Positions 30,058 to 39,699 of a DNA stretch of 64,000 nucleotides are shown one piece after another (the first letter of the stretch is position 1; every line of letters starts with the position of its first letter). The position numbers were made by a program, and so were the translations under genes. The stretch covers positions 36,532 through 100,531 of the forward strand of contig CAJJBG010000015.1 of the NCBI GenBank assembly GCA_905182345.1, written 5' to 3'. This stretch comes from Pelagibacteraceae bacterium AG-422-B15 (lineage in GTDB: Bacteria; Pseudomonadota; Alphaproteobacteria; Pelagibacterales; AG-422-B15). Below the pieces are notes generated by a model. That model did not search any database. It saw nothing but the letters and a program-made list of their open reading frames with translations, and was not told the origin of the DNA.

Positions 30058-30758
30058 TTGTTCAACCTTACCACTGAATCTTTTGTTCCAACATGATTAA
30101 ATTTTTTAGTTGTTACAACTGTAAATAGTCTTTTTTTAGCAATATTTTGATCCCAAATTTTATTGGCTGAAAATACGTCGCTATTATATTTTTCATATTG
30201 TTTTCTATTTATAATTTGCATTCCACAATAAACAAGCGGCTCAGTTAATTGGTCATGACTATATCTCTTTAGTAAATTTTTGCTATCTTTAGTAAAGTCT
30301 CCCTTACCTGAATAGCCATCTGCATTTTCTAATTTTGTTGTAAGCAATAAAGAATCCATATTTTTATCATCAAATTTAGCAATTAAAGAATTGATAGATC
30401 TGCTTGCATAGTTATTCCATAGTACATCACTATTCATAACTAAAATATTTTTTGCAATCACTAAAGACAACGCTTTTTTTATACCACCACCAGTATCTAA
30501 TAATTTTTTACTTTCATTTGAAATAGTTATTTCTGGATTATTTTTTTTAAGATAATGAATTATTTGTTCAGATTGATAATGCACATTAACTATAATTTTT
30601 TTAATGCCAGACTTCTTTAAGCTATTAATACAATAATCAATCAAAGCCCTATTATTAACTTCAATTAATGGCTTAGGTTTATTTTTAGTCAACGGCAACA
30701 TGCGCCTACCAAATCCAGCGGCTAATACTAAGGCTGTATCAATATTATTATTTTTCAT
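30054..30758 (-). CDS. murU: Nucleotidyltransferase, MurU-like
   Basis: LAAGFGRRMLPLT..KPKPL, LDTGGG, NSD; adjacent to amgK. Confidence 0.8.
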   Translation of the reverse strand: MKNNNIDTALVLAAGFGRRMLPLTKNKPKPLIEVNNRALIDYCINSLKKSGIKKIIVNVHYQSEQIIHYLKKNNPEITISNESKKLLDTGGGIKKALSLVIAKNILVMNSDVLWNNYASRSINSLIAKFDDKNMDSLLLTTKLENADGYSGKGDFTKDSKNLLKRYSHDQLTEPLVYCGMQIINRKQYEKYNSDVFSANKIWDQNIAKKRLFTVVTTKKFNHVGTKDSVVRLNK

Positions 30759-31719
30759 TAGGTATAATGCTATGCATCCAATCTTTAAGTTCTGCCATCA
30801 TCAAATTCTCAAGGTGAAAATTAATATACACCCAAGCATTGCTATTTAGAGACATGTATTTTGTTTTGTTATCTCGATAATTTAGTCTACAAAAAATTCC
30901 TAATATTTTAAGATTTCTTTGCAAAGAATAGAAAGGTATCTCTTTTGCTAATAACTCTGGATTATAGTTTGTTTGATCGATAAATGAGGCAACAAGCTTA
31001 TTCTTTAACTCATGAGAAATTGGCCTTCTTACATCTTCTATAATTGAGGCTAAATCATAGCTAGAACTTCCTCTAGCAGCATCTTGGAAATCTAAAATTC
31101 CAACTTGCATCAAAGTATCTTTTGATTTTTGTAATATTAAATTATCAACATGGTAGTCTCTTAAGACAAGCTTATCATACTTACAATCAAGTTGTACAAA
31201 AATTGCTGACAATATTTTTTTAAATTCATTGATTTTTTTTGAGTCTAAATTAATTTTTAAATGTATTTTTAAGTACCAATCAATAAATAATAGGCTTTCT
31301 TTAATTAGGCTATCTATAGAATAGTTATCAATATAATTGCTTTGAGGGAAATTATTAAGATCCTGCTGATGGATAACAGATAATATTTTAATTGCTTTCA
31401 AATATAATTCTTCTTCATTTTTATTATCTAATATTTTTGAAAATATCTCTTCACCTAAATCCTCTAATAATATAAATCCATTTATAGAATCTTTTACAAA
31501 TATTGTAGGGGCATTAAGTTTAAAATCTTTTAATAATGAATTGATATTTATGAATAGTTTTATATTTTCACCAAGCGCTGGATCTGCATCCATTAAAATT
31601 TTATCATTTATTCTAAAATATTGTCTAAAGGATGCATCATTTTGAATGGGCTTTAAATCATTAAATTGTAGATTATTTTCTTCTAAGAAAATTTTAATCT
31701 GGTCTAGTCTAGGCACCAA
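30748..31719 (-). CDS. amgK: Anomeric MurNAc/GlcNAc kinase AmgK
   Basis: DASFRQYFR, LLEDLG, RDYHVDNL, LDFQDA, QRNLKILGIF. Confidence 0.85.
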   Translation of the reverse strand: MVPRLDQIKIFLEENNLQFNDLKPIQNDASFRQYFRINDKILMDADPALGENIKLFININSLLKDFKLNAPTIFVKDSINGFILLEDLGEEIFSKILDNKNEEELYLKAIKILSVIHQQDLNNFPQSNYIDNYSIDSLIKESLLFIDWYLKIHLKINLDSKKINEFKKILSAIFVQLDCKYDKLVLRDYHVDNLILQKSKDTLMQVGILDFQDAARGSSSYDLASIIEDVRRPISHELKNKLVASFIDQTNYNPELLAKEIPFYSLQRNLKILGIFCRLNYRDNKTKYMSLNSNAWVYINFHLENLMMAELKDWMHSIIPNEK

Positions 31720-32162
31720 TCTAATCCTTTTATTTTTTTACTGCCAAAAAAATTAAAATTAATTTCTCTTTTAATTTTATCAATCAAATGAAAATTAATC
31801 TCAATTCTATTTTGAGGTAGAGCTTCTGAAAATTTATTAGCCCATTCAATTATACAGATACCTTTGGCTATAGAATTGCCATAATCTATTTCAATTAATT
31901 CGTTAATATTTTCAAGCCTATAGAAATCATAATGATTAATTAAATATGATTTATCTTTGTAGGTTTGCAATAAAGAAAAAGTGGGGCTAGGTATTTCCTG
32001 GGTAAGCTTCTTATCTTTTATAATAGACTGAATTAAATATCTTGCAAAAGTAGTTTTACCAGCACCAAGATCGCCATTAAGACAAATTACACAATCAGCC
32101 GGAACTGATTTTGCAAGTTTTTTTGCAATTTTAGCTGTATCTTCTTCTTTTGCAGCAATCAT
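31704..32162 (-). CDS. tsaE: t6A biosynthesis ATPase TsaE
   Basis: GDLGAGKTTFAR, SPTF, HYDFYRL, IEW. Confidence 0.95.
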   Translation of the reverse strand: MIAAKEEDTAKIAKKLAKSVPADCVICLNGDLGAGKTTFARYLIQSIIKDKKLTQEIPSPTFSLLQTYKDKSYLINHYDFYRLENINELIEIDYGNSIAKGICIIEWANKFSEALPQNRIEINFHLIDKIKREINFNFFGSKKIKGLDWCLD

Positions 32163-32191
32163 AAAATGATCGTAACACTTAATATCTCAAA

Positions 32192-33499
32192 CTAATAACG
32201 ATATGCGTCTGGCTTAAATGGTCCTGCCTGATCAACATTAATATAGTCAGCCTGCTCTTTAGATAGTTTAGTTAGCTTAACACCAAGCTTGTCTAAGTGT
32301 AAAATAGCTACTTTCTCATCTAAGTGTTTTGGCAATACGTATATTTCATTTTTATATTGATCTGTATTTTCCCATAATTCTATTTGAGCCAATACTTGAT
32401 TTGTAAATGAGGCACTCATAACAAAACTAGGATGACCAGTTGCACAGCCCAGATTAACAAGACGGCCTTCGGCTAATACGATAACACGTTTTCCATCGGG
32501 AAATTCAACTTCATCAACTTGAGGCTTAACATTATGCCACTTATGATTTCTCAAGGCATCAATTTGTATCTCTGAATCAAAGTGTCCAATATTACAAAGA
32601 ATGGATCTATCTTTCATTTCTCTAATATGATCAATTGTTACAATATCTTTATTTCCTGTTGCGGTTACAACTATATCAACTTCACTAACAACATCATCCA
32701 TGTTTACAACTTGATAGCCTTCCATTGCAGCTTGCAATGCACAAATAGGGTCAACTTCTGTAATTAATACTCTTGCACCTTGTCCTCTAAGTGCTGCCGC
32801 ACTACCTTTGCCGACATCACCAAATCCTGCTACTACACAAGTTTTTCCTGCTAACATTACATCTGTTGCTCTTTTAATGGCATCAATCAAACTTTCACGA
32901 CAACCATATAGGTTATCAAATTTTGATTTGGTTACAGAGTCATTAACATTAATTGCAGGTATTAAAAGTTCACCCTTTGCAAGCATTTCTTTTAATGATT
33001 TAACTCCAGTAGTTGTTTCTTCAGAAACACCCTTAATATTTTTTAACATTTCAGGATATTTTTTATGCATTAATGCCGTTAGGTCACCACCATCATCTAG
33101 TAGTAAATTAGGAACCCAACCATCTTTACCAACGATTGTTTTCTCTATGCACTCCCAATATTCTTCTTCACTTTCACCTTTCCAGGCAAAAACAGGTATT
33201 CCTTTTCTTGCTATTGCTGCTGCCGCTTGGTCTTGCGTAGAAAAAATATTACAAGATGACCATCTAACTTCTGCACCTAGTGCAATTAAAGTCTCAATCA
33301 ACACTGCTGTCTGGATTGTCATATGAAGACATCCGATAATTCGAGCACCCTTTAAAGGCTTGTCATGCCCATAGGCTGAGCGAAGTGCCATTAGTCCTGG
33401 CATTTCAGTTTCTGCAATAGCTATTTCTTTGTCACCCCAGTCAGCTAGTGACATATCTGCTACTTTATAATCATGATTATCAGTCATTAAATGCTCCAT
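32192..33499 (-). CDS. ahcY: Adenosylhomocysteinase (start may be ATG 33487)
   Basis: [49 protein letters not shown]. Confidence 0.97.
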   Translation of the reverse strand: MEHLMTDNHDYKVADMSLADWGDKEIAIAETEMPGLMALRSAYGHDKPLKGARIIGCLHMTIQTAVLIETLIALGAEVRWSSCNIFSTQDQAAAAIARKGIPVFAWKGESEEEYWECIEKTIVGKDGWVPNLLLDDGGDLTALMHKKYPEMLKNIKGVSEETTTGVKSLKEMLAKGELLIPAINVNDSVTKSKFDNLYGCRESLIDAIKRATDVMLAGKTCVVAGFGDVGKGSAAALRGQGARVLITEVDPICALQAAMEGYQVVNMDDVVSEVDIVVTATGNKDIVTIDHIREMKDRSILCNIGHFDSEIQIDALRNHKWHNVKPQVDEVEFPDGKRVIVLAEGRLVNLGCATGHPSFVMSASFTNQVLAQIELWENTDQYKNEIYVLPKHLDEKVAILHLDKLGVKLTKLSKEQADYINVDQAGPFKPDAYRY

Positions 33500-33548
33500 A
33501 TTTGTTAGAATAACTTGTTTATAATAGTGATCTTAGTTATTTCAATAG

Positions 33549-35120
33549 TTATTTTTTTATAATTATAGGCAGATTAATTATAAATCTAGAACCACTTAAT
33601 AAGTTATTTTTACTAAGGTTTTCCGCTCTTATATTACCTTTATGAGTCTCAATTATCTGTCGTGCAATATGTAGTCCTAGTCCTGAGTGGGTTGAAGAAA
33701 ATTCATTACTTGCATTTCTATATGTGTAAAAGCGATTAAATATGTTTTCTATATTTAGTTCTGTTATACCAGGGCCATTATCACTAATGGCTAACGTTAC
33801 ATAGTTTGATGCAACACTTAATGTTGTTTCTATGGTTCCTTTATCTACTGAAAACGAAATTGCATTATCATATATATTGTGTATTGCTCGTTTGATAAAT
33901 TCTTCATGGCCTCTAACTACGATATTATTATTAATGTTATTATCTTGAATTAGCTTAAAATTTAATTGCTTATGATTAATATCTTTGTATTCGTTAATTA
34001 TATTTTTTAGCAAATCTTGAATATTAATTTTTTTATAACGTAGAGATGACATCAGTGCCTCATCTTTCATCATGATTGAATAGTCTGTTATAATTGTCTC
34101 TATTCTAGCAACATCATTTTGAATTGCAGATATGAATTTACTTTGATTATTTGTTGCCAAACTACTCATAACTTCAGTAGCCATTTTAATTGAAGTTAGA
34201 GGATTTCTAATCTCATGCATTAGATCAGCTGAATACTCTTCACTTTCAGCAATTTTATCTTTAAGGCTTTCAACTTTTTCACCCAATATTTTAGATAGAT
34301 CACCAATTTCATCTTTCCTTTTATTTAGATTAATAATTTTGTTGGTTGATTTTGACCGTGCTTGAATATTTTTAGCCGAATCTGCCAATTGTTTAATTGG
34401 TGAAATTACTACTGATAATAAAAATATAGAAAATAATAATAAAGAAAGCATGGAAGCAACAGCAACAAGTCCAATGTAGAATTTACGGCTTGTAATAATC
34501 TTACGTATTAATCTATTATCTTCATAAGCAATTATATAGATGCTTTTATCATGAATTAAATATGGATTTATAGATATTATTTCAATCTTATCTTCTTGAT
34601 AATTAATTTCCCTAGGGTGACTCTGAATAACAAAGTTTTGGCTAGGTCCTCTTTTCGCCTTTTCATATCTTGATACAAAAGATTTATTTTTAATAAATGT
34701 TCGTCCCAAGACTTCGCTATCTTGTGCATTATTTTCACCTAGGGAAATATAATTCTCATCATCAATTTTTCCAACGGCAACTGTACTTTTGGACCTAAAA
34801 GCACCCTTATTTAGATCATAGCCCTTTGAATCAAATAATATGTTACTTTTATTATCTAATATTAATATTGAGACGTTCTTAATTTCCAACAGTGAATTAA
34901 TTTCATTAATTCTCAAGTCTTCTAATATATCTGTAAGATCACCTTCTTCTTGATGAAGATTTAAATAATTATGAATTATTAATGCTTGGTTTTCTATTTG
35001 ATTTAGTCTTTGGCCAATTAAATTAGATTCTGCTAACTGTAGGATAAAAAATACAATTCCAACAAGCACAAGTAAGCCAAGGAGATTATATAATAAAAAT
35101 TTTCTAAAAAGAGTGTTCAA
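33549..35120 (-). CDS. chvG: Sensor histidine kinase, ChvG-like
   Basis: Two TMs, HAMP (KDEIGDLS), H-box ADLMHEIRNPLTSI, NAISFS, DNGPG, HSGLGL; position downstream of chvI. Confidence 0.8.
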   Translation of the reverse strand: MNTLFRKFLLYNLLGLLVLVGIVFFILQLAESNLIGQRLNQIENQALIIHNYLNLHQEEGDLTDILEDLRINEINSLLEIKNVSILILDNKSNILFDSKGYDLNKGAFRSKSTVAVGKIDDENYISLGENNAQDSEVLGRTFIKNKSFVSRYEKAKRGPSQNFVIQSHPREINYQEDKIEIISINPYLIHDKSIYIIAYEDNRLIRKIITSRKFYIGLVAVASMLSLLLFSIFLLSVVISPIKQLADSAKNIQARSKSTNKIINLNKRKDEIGDLSKILGEKVESLKDKIAESEEYSADLMHEIRNPLTSIKMATEVMSSLATNNQSKFISAIQNDVARIETIITDYSIMMKDEALMSSLRYKKINIQDLLKNIINEYKDINHKQLNFKLIQDNNINNNIVVRGHEEFIKRAIHNIYDNAISFSVDKGTIETTLSVASNYVTLAISDNGPGITELNIENIFNRFYTYRNASNEFSSTHSGLGLHIARQIIETHKGNIRAENLSKNNLLSGSRFIINLPIIIKK

Positions 35121-35148
35121 ATGACTTTATTCTAATAAGAAATTAGAA

Positions 35149-35859
35149 TTATTTCCATTGATATCCTGAGCCATATAATGTGTGAATTGAGTTAAATTCT
35201 GGGTCTATTCTCTTAAACTTCTTTCTAATTCTTTTAACATGGCTATCAATAGTCCTATCATCAACGTCAATTTCATCTTTATATGTTATATCAATTAATC
35301 TCTCTCTTGTTTTTACAATGCCTGGTCTTACAACTAATTCATGAATAATTTTAAATTCTGTAGTTGTTAGAGGGTCTGATAATAATATTTTCTTCCATTC
35401 ACACTCTTGTCTTTCAATATCAAGTCTTAAATTTCCATGTTCAATAACCTTGCTATTTTCTTGCTGTTCAGAAATAGTCTGAATTGTTTTTAATGTATTC
35501 TTAATAGTTTCAATTAAAATTTGTATTGTTAGATTGCCTCCTTTAGTTACATAATTATCAACGCCGTGCATTAAACCTTTTAGTCTATCCACCTCTTTAT
35601 CTTTGGATGTTAAAAAAATCACTGGAATTGATAGTTTTTCACGAATCTTTTTGAACAGTTCATACCCATCCATTCTTGGCATCTTGATATCTATTACAGC
35701 AATGTCCGGTGGATGCTTAAAAAAACTATTAAGTGCAGTTTGTCCGTCACTATATGTGTGAACATTAAAGTCTTCTTTTTTAAGAAGCTCTTCAATTGAC
35801 ATAAGAATGTTGCGATCATCATCAACCAGAGCTATGAGAGGTTTATTATTTGATTTCAT
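35149..35859 (-). CDS. chvI: Response regulator ChvI
   Basis: IALVDDDRNIL, DIKMPRMDG, FLTSKD, DDRTIDSHVKRIRKKF; divergent from pckA. Confidence 0.9.
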   Translation of the reverse strand: MKSNNKPLIALVDDDRNILMSIEELLKKEDFNVHTYSDGQTALNSFFKHPPDIAVIDIKMPRMDGYELFKKIREKLSIPVIFLTSKDKEVDRLKGLMHGVDNYVTKGGNLTIQILIETIKNTLKTIQTISEQQENSKVIEHGNLRLDIERQECEWKKILLSDPLTTTEFKIIHELVVRPGIVKTRERLIDITYKDEIDVDDRTIDSHVKRIRKKFKRIDPEFNSIHTLYGSGYQWK

Positions 35860-36017
35860 AAATATTACTATTTAATTAAATAATGTTTATTTTATGGCAT
35901 ATTTTCAGTCTAATTTAGCCACTTTTTAATCTAAATTATTATATCCACATTATTACTTATAAATAATATTTACCTTAACAAAATATTAATAATGTGTTTT
36001 ATTGACCTTTCAAAATT

Positions 36018-37595
36018 ATGGAAAATCCAATAAATAATAAAATTCTATCTACAGCCACAGTTAGCAGAAATTTAAGCTCAGATGAACTGTATGATGTTGC
36101 ATTAAATAAAGGTGAGGGTAAAGCATCTAAACATGGTGCGCTTGTTGTAAATACAGGAAAAAAAACTGGCCGCTCTGCTAATGACAAATTTTTTGTAAAA
36201 GAACCTAATCACCAAAATAATATTCATTGGGGTGAAACAAATGTTCCAATCAGTCCAGAGAATTTTGATAAAATTTTAAAAGCATTTGAAGCTTACGCTC
36301 AAGAAAAAGAGCTTTATGTTCACGATTTACTTGGTGGTGCAGATAGAAACTTTTCTCTGCCTGTAACAATAATCACTGAATTTGCCTGGCATGGATTATT
36401 TGCTCGACATTTATTAGTTCGACCAACTGCAGAAGAGCTAAAAGACTATTCAAGTGAATTTACAATTATTAACTTTCCAAACTTAAAATTAGACCCTTCT
36501 ACTTATGGAATTAATAGTGAAACTGTTATTGTAATCAATTTAGATAAAAAGCTTATTTTGATTGGTGGCACTGAATATGCAGGTGAAACAAAAAAATCTG
36601 TATTTACTCTCTTAAACTATTTTTTACCTGAAAGAAATACAATGCCCATGCACTGTTCTGTTAATACAGGTAAAGATGGTGATTCAGCTATATTTTTTGG
36701 CCTCTCTGGAACTGGAAAAACAACATTAAGTGCAGACCCAAATAGATCTCTTTTAGGAGATGATGAGCATGGATGGTCAGATGATGGATTATTTAATTTT
36801 GAGGGTGGTTGCTATGCAAAATTAATTAAACTATCTGAAGAGGCTGAACCAGAAATATTTGCTACTACACAAATGAAAACTACTGTGATTGAAAACGTTG
36901 TTATGTCTAGTGATGGTGATTTAGATTTTGATGATAGCTCCATTACCGAGAACACAAGAGGTGCTTATCCATTAGATTTTATTCCCGGAGTTACTATGTC
37001 TGGGAAAACAACTCATCCAAAAAATATTATAATGCTGACTGCCGATGCGTTTGGAATTTTACCTCCTATATCTAAGCTCACACCAGCTCAGGCGATGTAC
37101 CATTTCCTATCAGGGTATACGGCAAAAGTTGCTGGAACTGAAATGGGTTTAGGATCAGAGCCATCAGCTACATTTTCAACATGTTTTGGTGCGCCGTTTA
37201 TGCCCCGTAATCCAATTGAGTATGGAAACTTACTTAAGAAAAAGATCTCAGACTTTAAAGTTGATTGTTGGCTAGTAAATACTGGATGGTCAGGTGGAGT
37301 CTATGGAGTTGGCGAAAGAATATCTATAAAAAATACTCGTCGTTTACTAAATGAGGCACTCTCTGGAAATCTTTCAAATGTAGAGATGCGAAAAGATGAA
37401 AATTTTGGTTTTATAGTCCCCATGACAGTTGATGGTGTTGATTCTTCAATATTAAATCCAAGAAAAACGTGGTCTGATACTTCTGCTTATGATGCACAAG
37501 CACATAAACTTATTAATATGTTTATTGAAAACTTTAAAAAATTTGAGTCAGATGTTGATGATAATATTAAATTCTCTGGACCAATAGTTAACTAA
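36018..37595 (+). CDS. pckA: PEP carboxykinase (ATP)
   Basis: [45 protein letters not shown]. Confidence 0.97.
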   Translation: MENPINNKILSTATVSRNLSSDELYDVALNKGEGKASKHGALVVNTGKKTGRSANDKFFVKEPNHQNNIHWGETNVPISPENFDKILKAFEAYAQEKELYVHDLLGGADRNFSLPVTIITEFAWHGLFARHLLVRPTAEELKDYSSEFTIINFPNLKLDPSTYGINSETVIVINLDKKLILIGGTEYAGETKKSVFTLLNYFLPERNTMPMHCSVNTGKDGDSAIFFGLSGTGKTTLSADPNRSLLGDDEHGWSDDGLFNFEGGCYAKLIKLSEEAEPEIFATTQMKTTVIENVVMSSDGDLDFDDSSITENTRGAYPLDFIPGVTMSGKTTHPKNIIMLTADAFGILPPISKLTPAQAMYHFLSGYTAKVAGTEMGLGSEPSATFSTCFGAPFMPRNPIEYGNLLKKKISDFKVDCWLVNTGWSGGVYGVGERISIKNTRRLLNEALSGNLSNVEMRKDENFGFIVPMTVDGVDSSILNPRKTWSDTSAYDAQAHKLINMFIENFKKFESDVDDNIKFSGPIVN

Positions 37596-38859
37596 TATCT
37601 TGATTAACTTTTAAGAGATCTTCTCTATACCAAATTCCAGCTAAATAATAGCAAATCATAGCTAATAGGCCAAAGCAACCCATTGTTATCATTGTCATTG
37701 TTAAAGGTTCCTGAAAATTGTTAAATACATTATCTGCAAAAAAACCCGTTAAAAACGCTCCTAATGCAATACCAAATATGTTCACACTTAATACCCATAG
37801 TCCAATTACTGTACCTCTTATTTTAGTAGAAGTTAAATTTTGAATAGTTGAAAATACAGCCCCATAAAAAAAAGAAATGTTGATAGATATAAAAAATAAA
37901 GAGGCATAAAACCAAATGCTATCTGGAGATACAAATCTGTATAAAATAACTATAGGTGTCATTAATAAATAAGAATAAAATAAAAAATGCATTGGACCAC
38001 CTTTAAGTTTATTACCTATTAAATCAGAAAGGTAGCCTCCAACTATAGTTCCAATAGCACCTCCAACTATAAAATATAATCCAAACATACTATTATATTG
38101 CTCAGCAGTGAAACCTCTTTCTTGTACGGCCCAGATTGTATCAAAGCTTCCTACGCCAATTGGTATGTTATTAAGTGTTCCAGCTAAAATAACAAAAAAT
38201 AGAGATTTAGACGACGTAACTGCCTTGTAAGTATCTTTCAAGCTATCTATGATTGAAGAGCTTTTTTCTTGATCTTGCTTTCCATCAATTTCACCTCGCT
38301 TTGGTTCTGTTAAAAAATAAATAAATATACTTGCTAGAGCTCCTATTACGCCAAGCCCAATAAATATCTTCCTCCAGCCAAGAATAGGTCCAAGGGTTGC
38401 TTGAATTAAAAACCCTAACCCAACCCCCAAAGGTATGCCAAGGTAATAAATGCCACCTGCCATGCCACGCTTCTCTTGGGGAAATACATCACTTAGCATC
38501 GATATTGAGCTTGGCGTTAGAGAGGATTCACCTACCCCTATAAATGCTCTAGATACAAATAATAAAACTGCACTTTTTGCCATTCCTGTTAATGCAGTCA
38601 TTGCACTCCATAAAAGTAATCCAATTGCTATTATTTTAGTTCTACTTAATCTGTCTCCTAATGCTCCAATAAAAATACTACACGTTGCATAAAAAAATAA
38701 AAATACAATACCACTGACTAAACCCCATTGAGTATTAGTTAAATTAAAATCTGCTTTTATTTCATTTCCGAATGCAAATAAAATATTTCTATCAATAAAA
38801 TTGAGTACATTTAAAAACAGAAATATGAATAAATAAAAGTAAGGTGATTTAGTTTTCAT
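37588..38859 (-). CDS. MFS transporter, spinster-like
   Basis: [34 protein letters not shown]. Confidence 0.85.
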   Translation of the reverse strand: MKTKSPYFYLFIFLFLNVLNFIDRNILFAFGNEIKADFNLTNTQWGLVSGIVFLFFYATCSIFIGALGDRLSRTKIIAIGLLLWSAMTALTGMAKSAVLLFVSRAFIGVGESSLTPSSISMLSDVFPQEKRGMAGGIYYLGIPLGVGLGFLIQATLGPILGWRKIFIGLGVIGALASIFIYFLTEPKRGEIDGKQDQEKSSSIIDSLKDTYKAVTSSKSLFFVILAGTLNNIPIGVGSFDTIWAVQERGFTAEQYNSMFGLYFIVGGAIGTIVGGYLSDLIGNKLKGGPMHFLFYSYLLMTPIVILYRFVSPDSIWFYASLFFISINISFFYGAVFSTIQNLTSTKIRGTVIGLWVLSVNIFGIALGAFLTGFFADNVFNNFQEPLTMTMITMGCFGLLAMICYYLAGIWYREDLLKVNQDIS

Positions 38860-38884
38860 AAATAATTTAATTTACTATTTTATA

Positions 38885-39658
38885 TTAACTTCTATTAAAA
38901 TCATCTTCATATCTTAGAATATCATCTTCACCAAAGTACGTGCCTGTTTGGATTTCAATAACTTTAAGTACATTGCTAGTATTGTTTTCTAAGCGATGTT
39001 TTGCACCTTGTGGAATATGAATAGTTTCATTTATTTTCTTTATAAAGACTTCTTCATTTAGACTAATAGTTGCCTCGCCCTCTAGTATCATCCAAGTTTC
39101 TTGTCTTTGTTTGTGAGATTGAAGACTTGTTCTTGAGTTTGGTTTAACCAATAGTTCCTTAATTTTATATATTTTTTTTTCATCAAGTATCTTATACGAA
39201 CCCCAAGGCCTTTCTTCAGAAGGTGACTTCCACTCTTCTAAGATCCAACTTGAAGAATTTTTCTTATAATCACCACCAACTCCAAAAGAAAATTCAACAT
39301 TTGCATGATCTTTAAATGCATCCATTTCCAATATGTTGCCTGAGTTTCTGTCTCCACCATTTGCAAATATAATTTTGTTTTCTGGATACTTTTTTAGTAC
39401 TTCTCTAATTGCCCCAGAAGCAGAGTTATCTAGGTCATCAAATGTTACTATTGCATCGACAACTTTAATATTTTTAATTATTTCAGATCTCTCTAATAAA
39501 GACATAAATGGCCGCCCCTTTTTATTGGTTAACCATTCATCTGAGTTAATGCCAACAATAAGCTTATCGCCTAATTTTTTAGCATCTTTAAAATAGGCAA
39601 TATGCCCTGAGTGCAAAGGATCGAACCCTCCAGTAACAATTACTATAATTTCAGACAT
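38885..39658 (-). CDS. Cytidylyltransferase-like domain fused to mannose-6-phosphate isomerase type II cupin
   Basis: GGFDPLHSGH (HxGH), NSDEWL..KKG, FANGGDR, NSSSWIL; then RPWGSY, SLQSH..RQETW, HRLEN, IEIQTGTYFGEDDI.R..DD. Confidence 0.85.
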   Translation of the reverse strand: MSEIIVIVTGGFDPLHSGHIAYFKDAKKLGDKLIVGINSDEWLTNKKGRPFMSLLERSEIIKNIKVVDAIVTFDDLDNSASGAIREVLKKYPENKIIFANGGDRNSGNILEMDAFKDHANVEFSFGVGGDYKKNSSSWILEEWKSPSEERPWGSYKILDEKKIYKIKELLVKPNSRTSLQSHKQRQETWMILEGEATISLNEEVFIKKINETIHIPQGAKHRLENNTSNVLKVIEIQTGTYFGEDDILRYEDDFNRS

Positions 39659-39699
39659 GAAATTATTTTAACCTATTTTTCTTAAATTAATATTAAATA

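Noticed and set aside
33500-33548. SAH/SAM riboswitch upstream of ahcY
   Set aside because: The spacer is only 49 bp, AT-rich, and lacks the consensus.
35941-35949. DnaA-box-like ATATCCACA between chvI and pckA
   Set aside because: A single mismatched box with no cluster is insufficient for an origin call.
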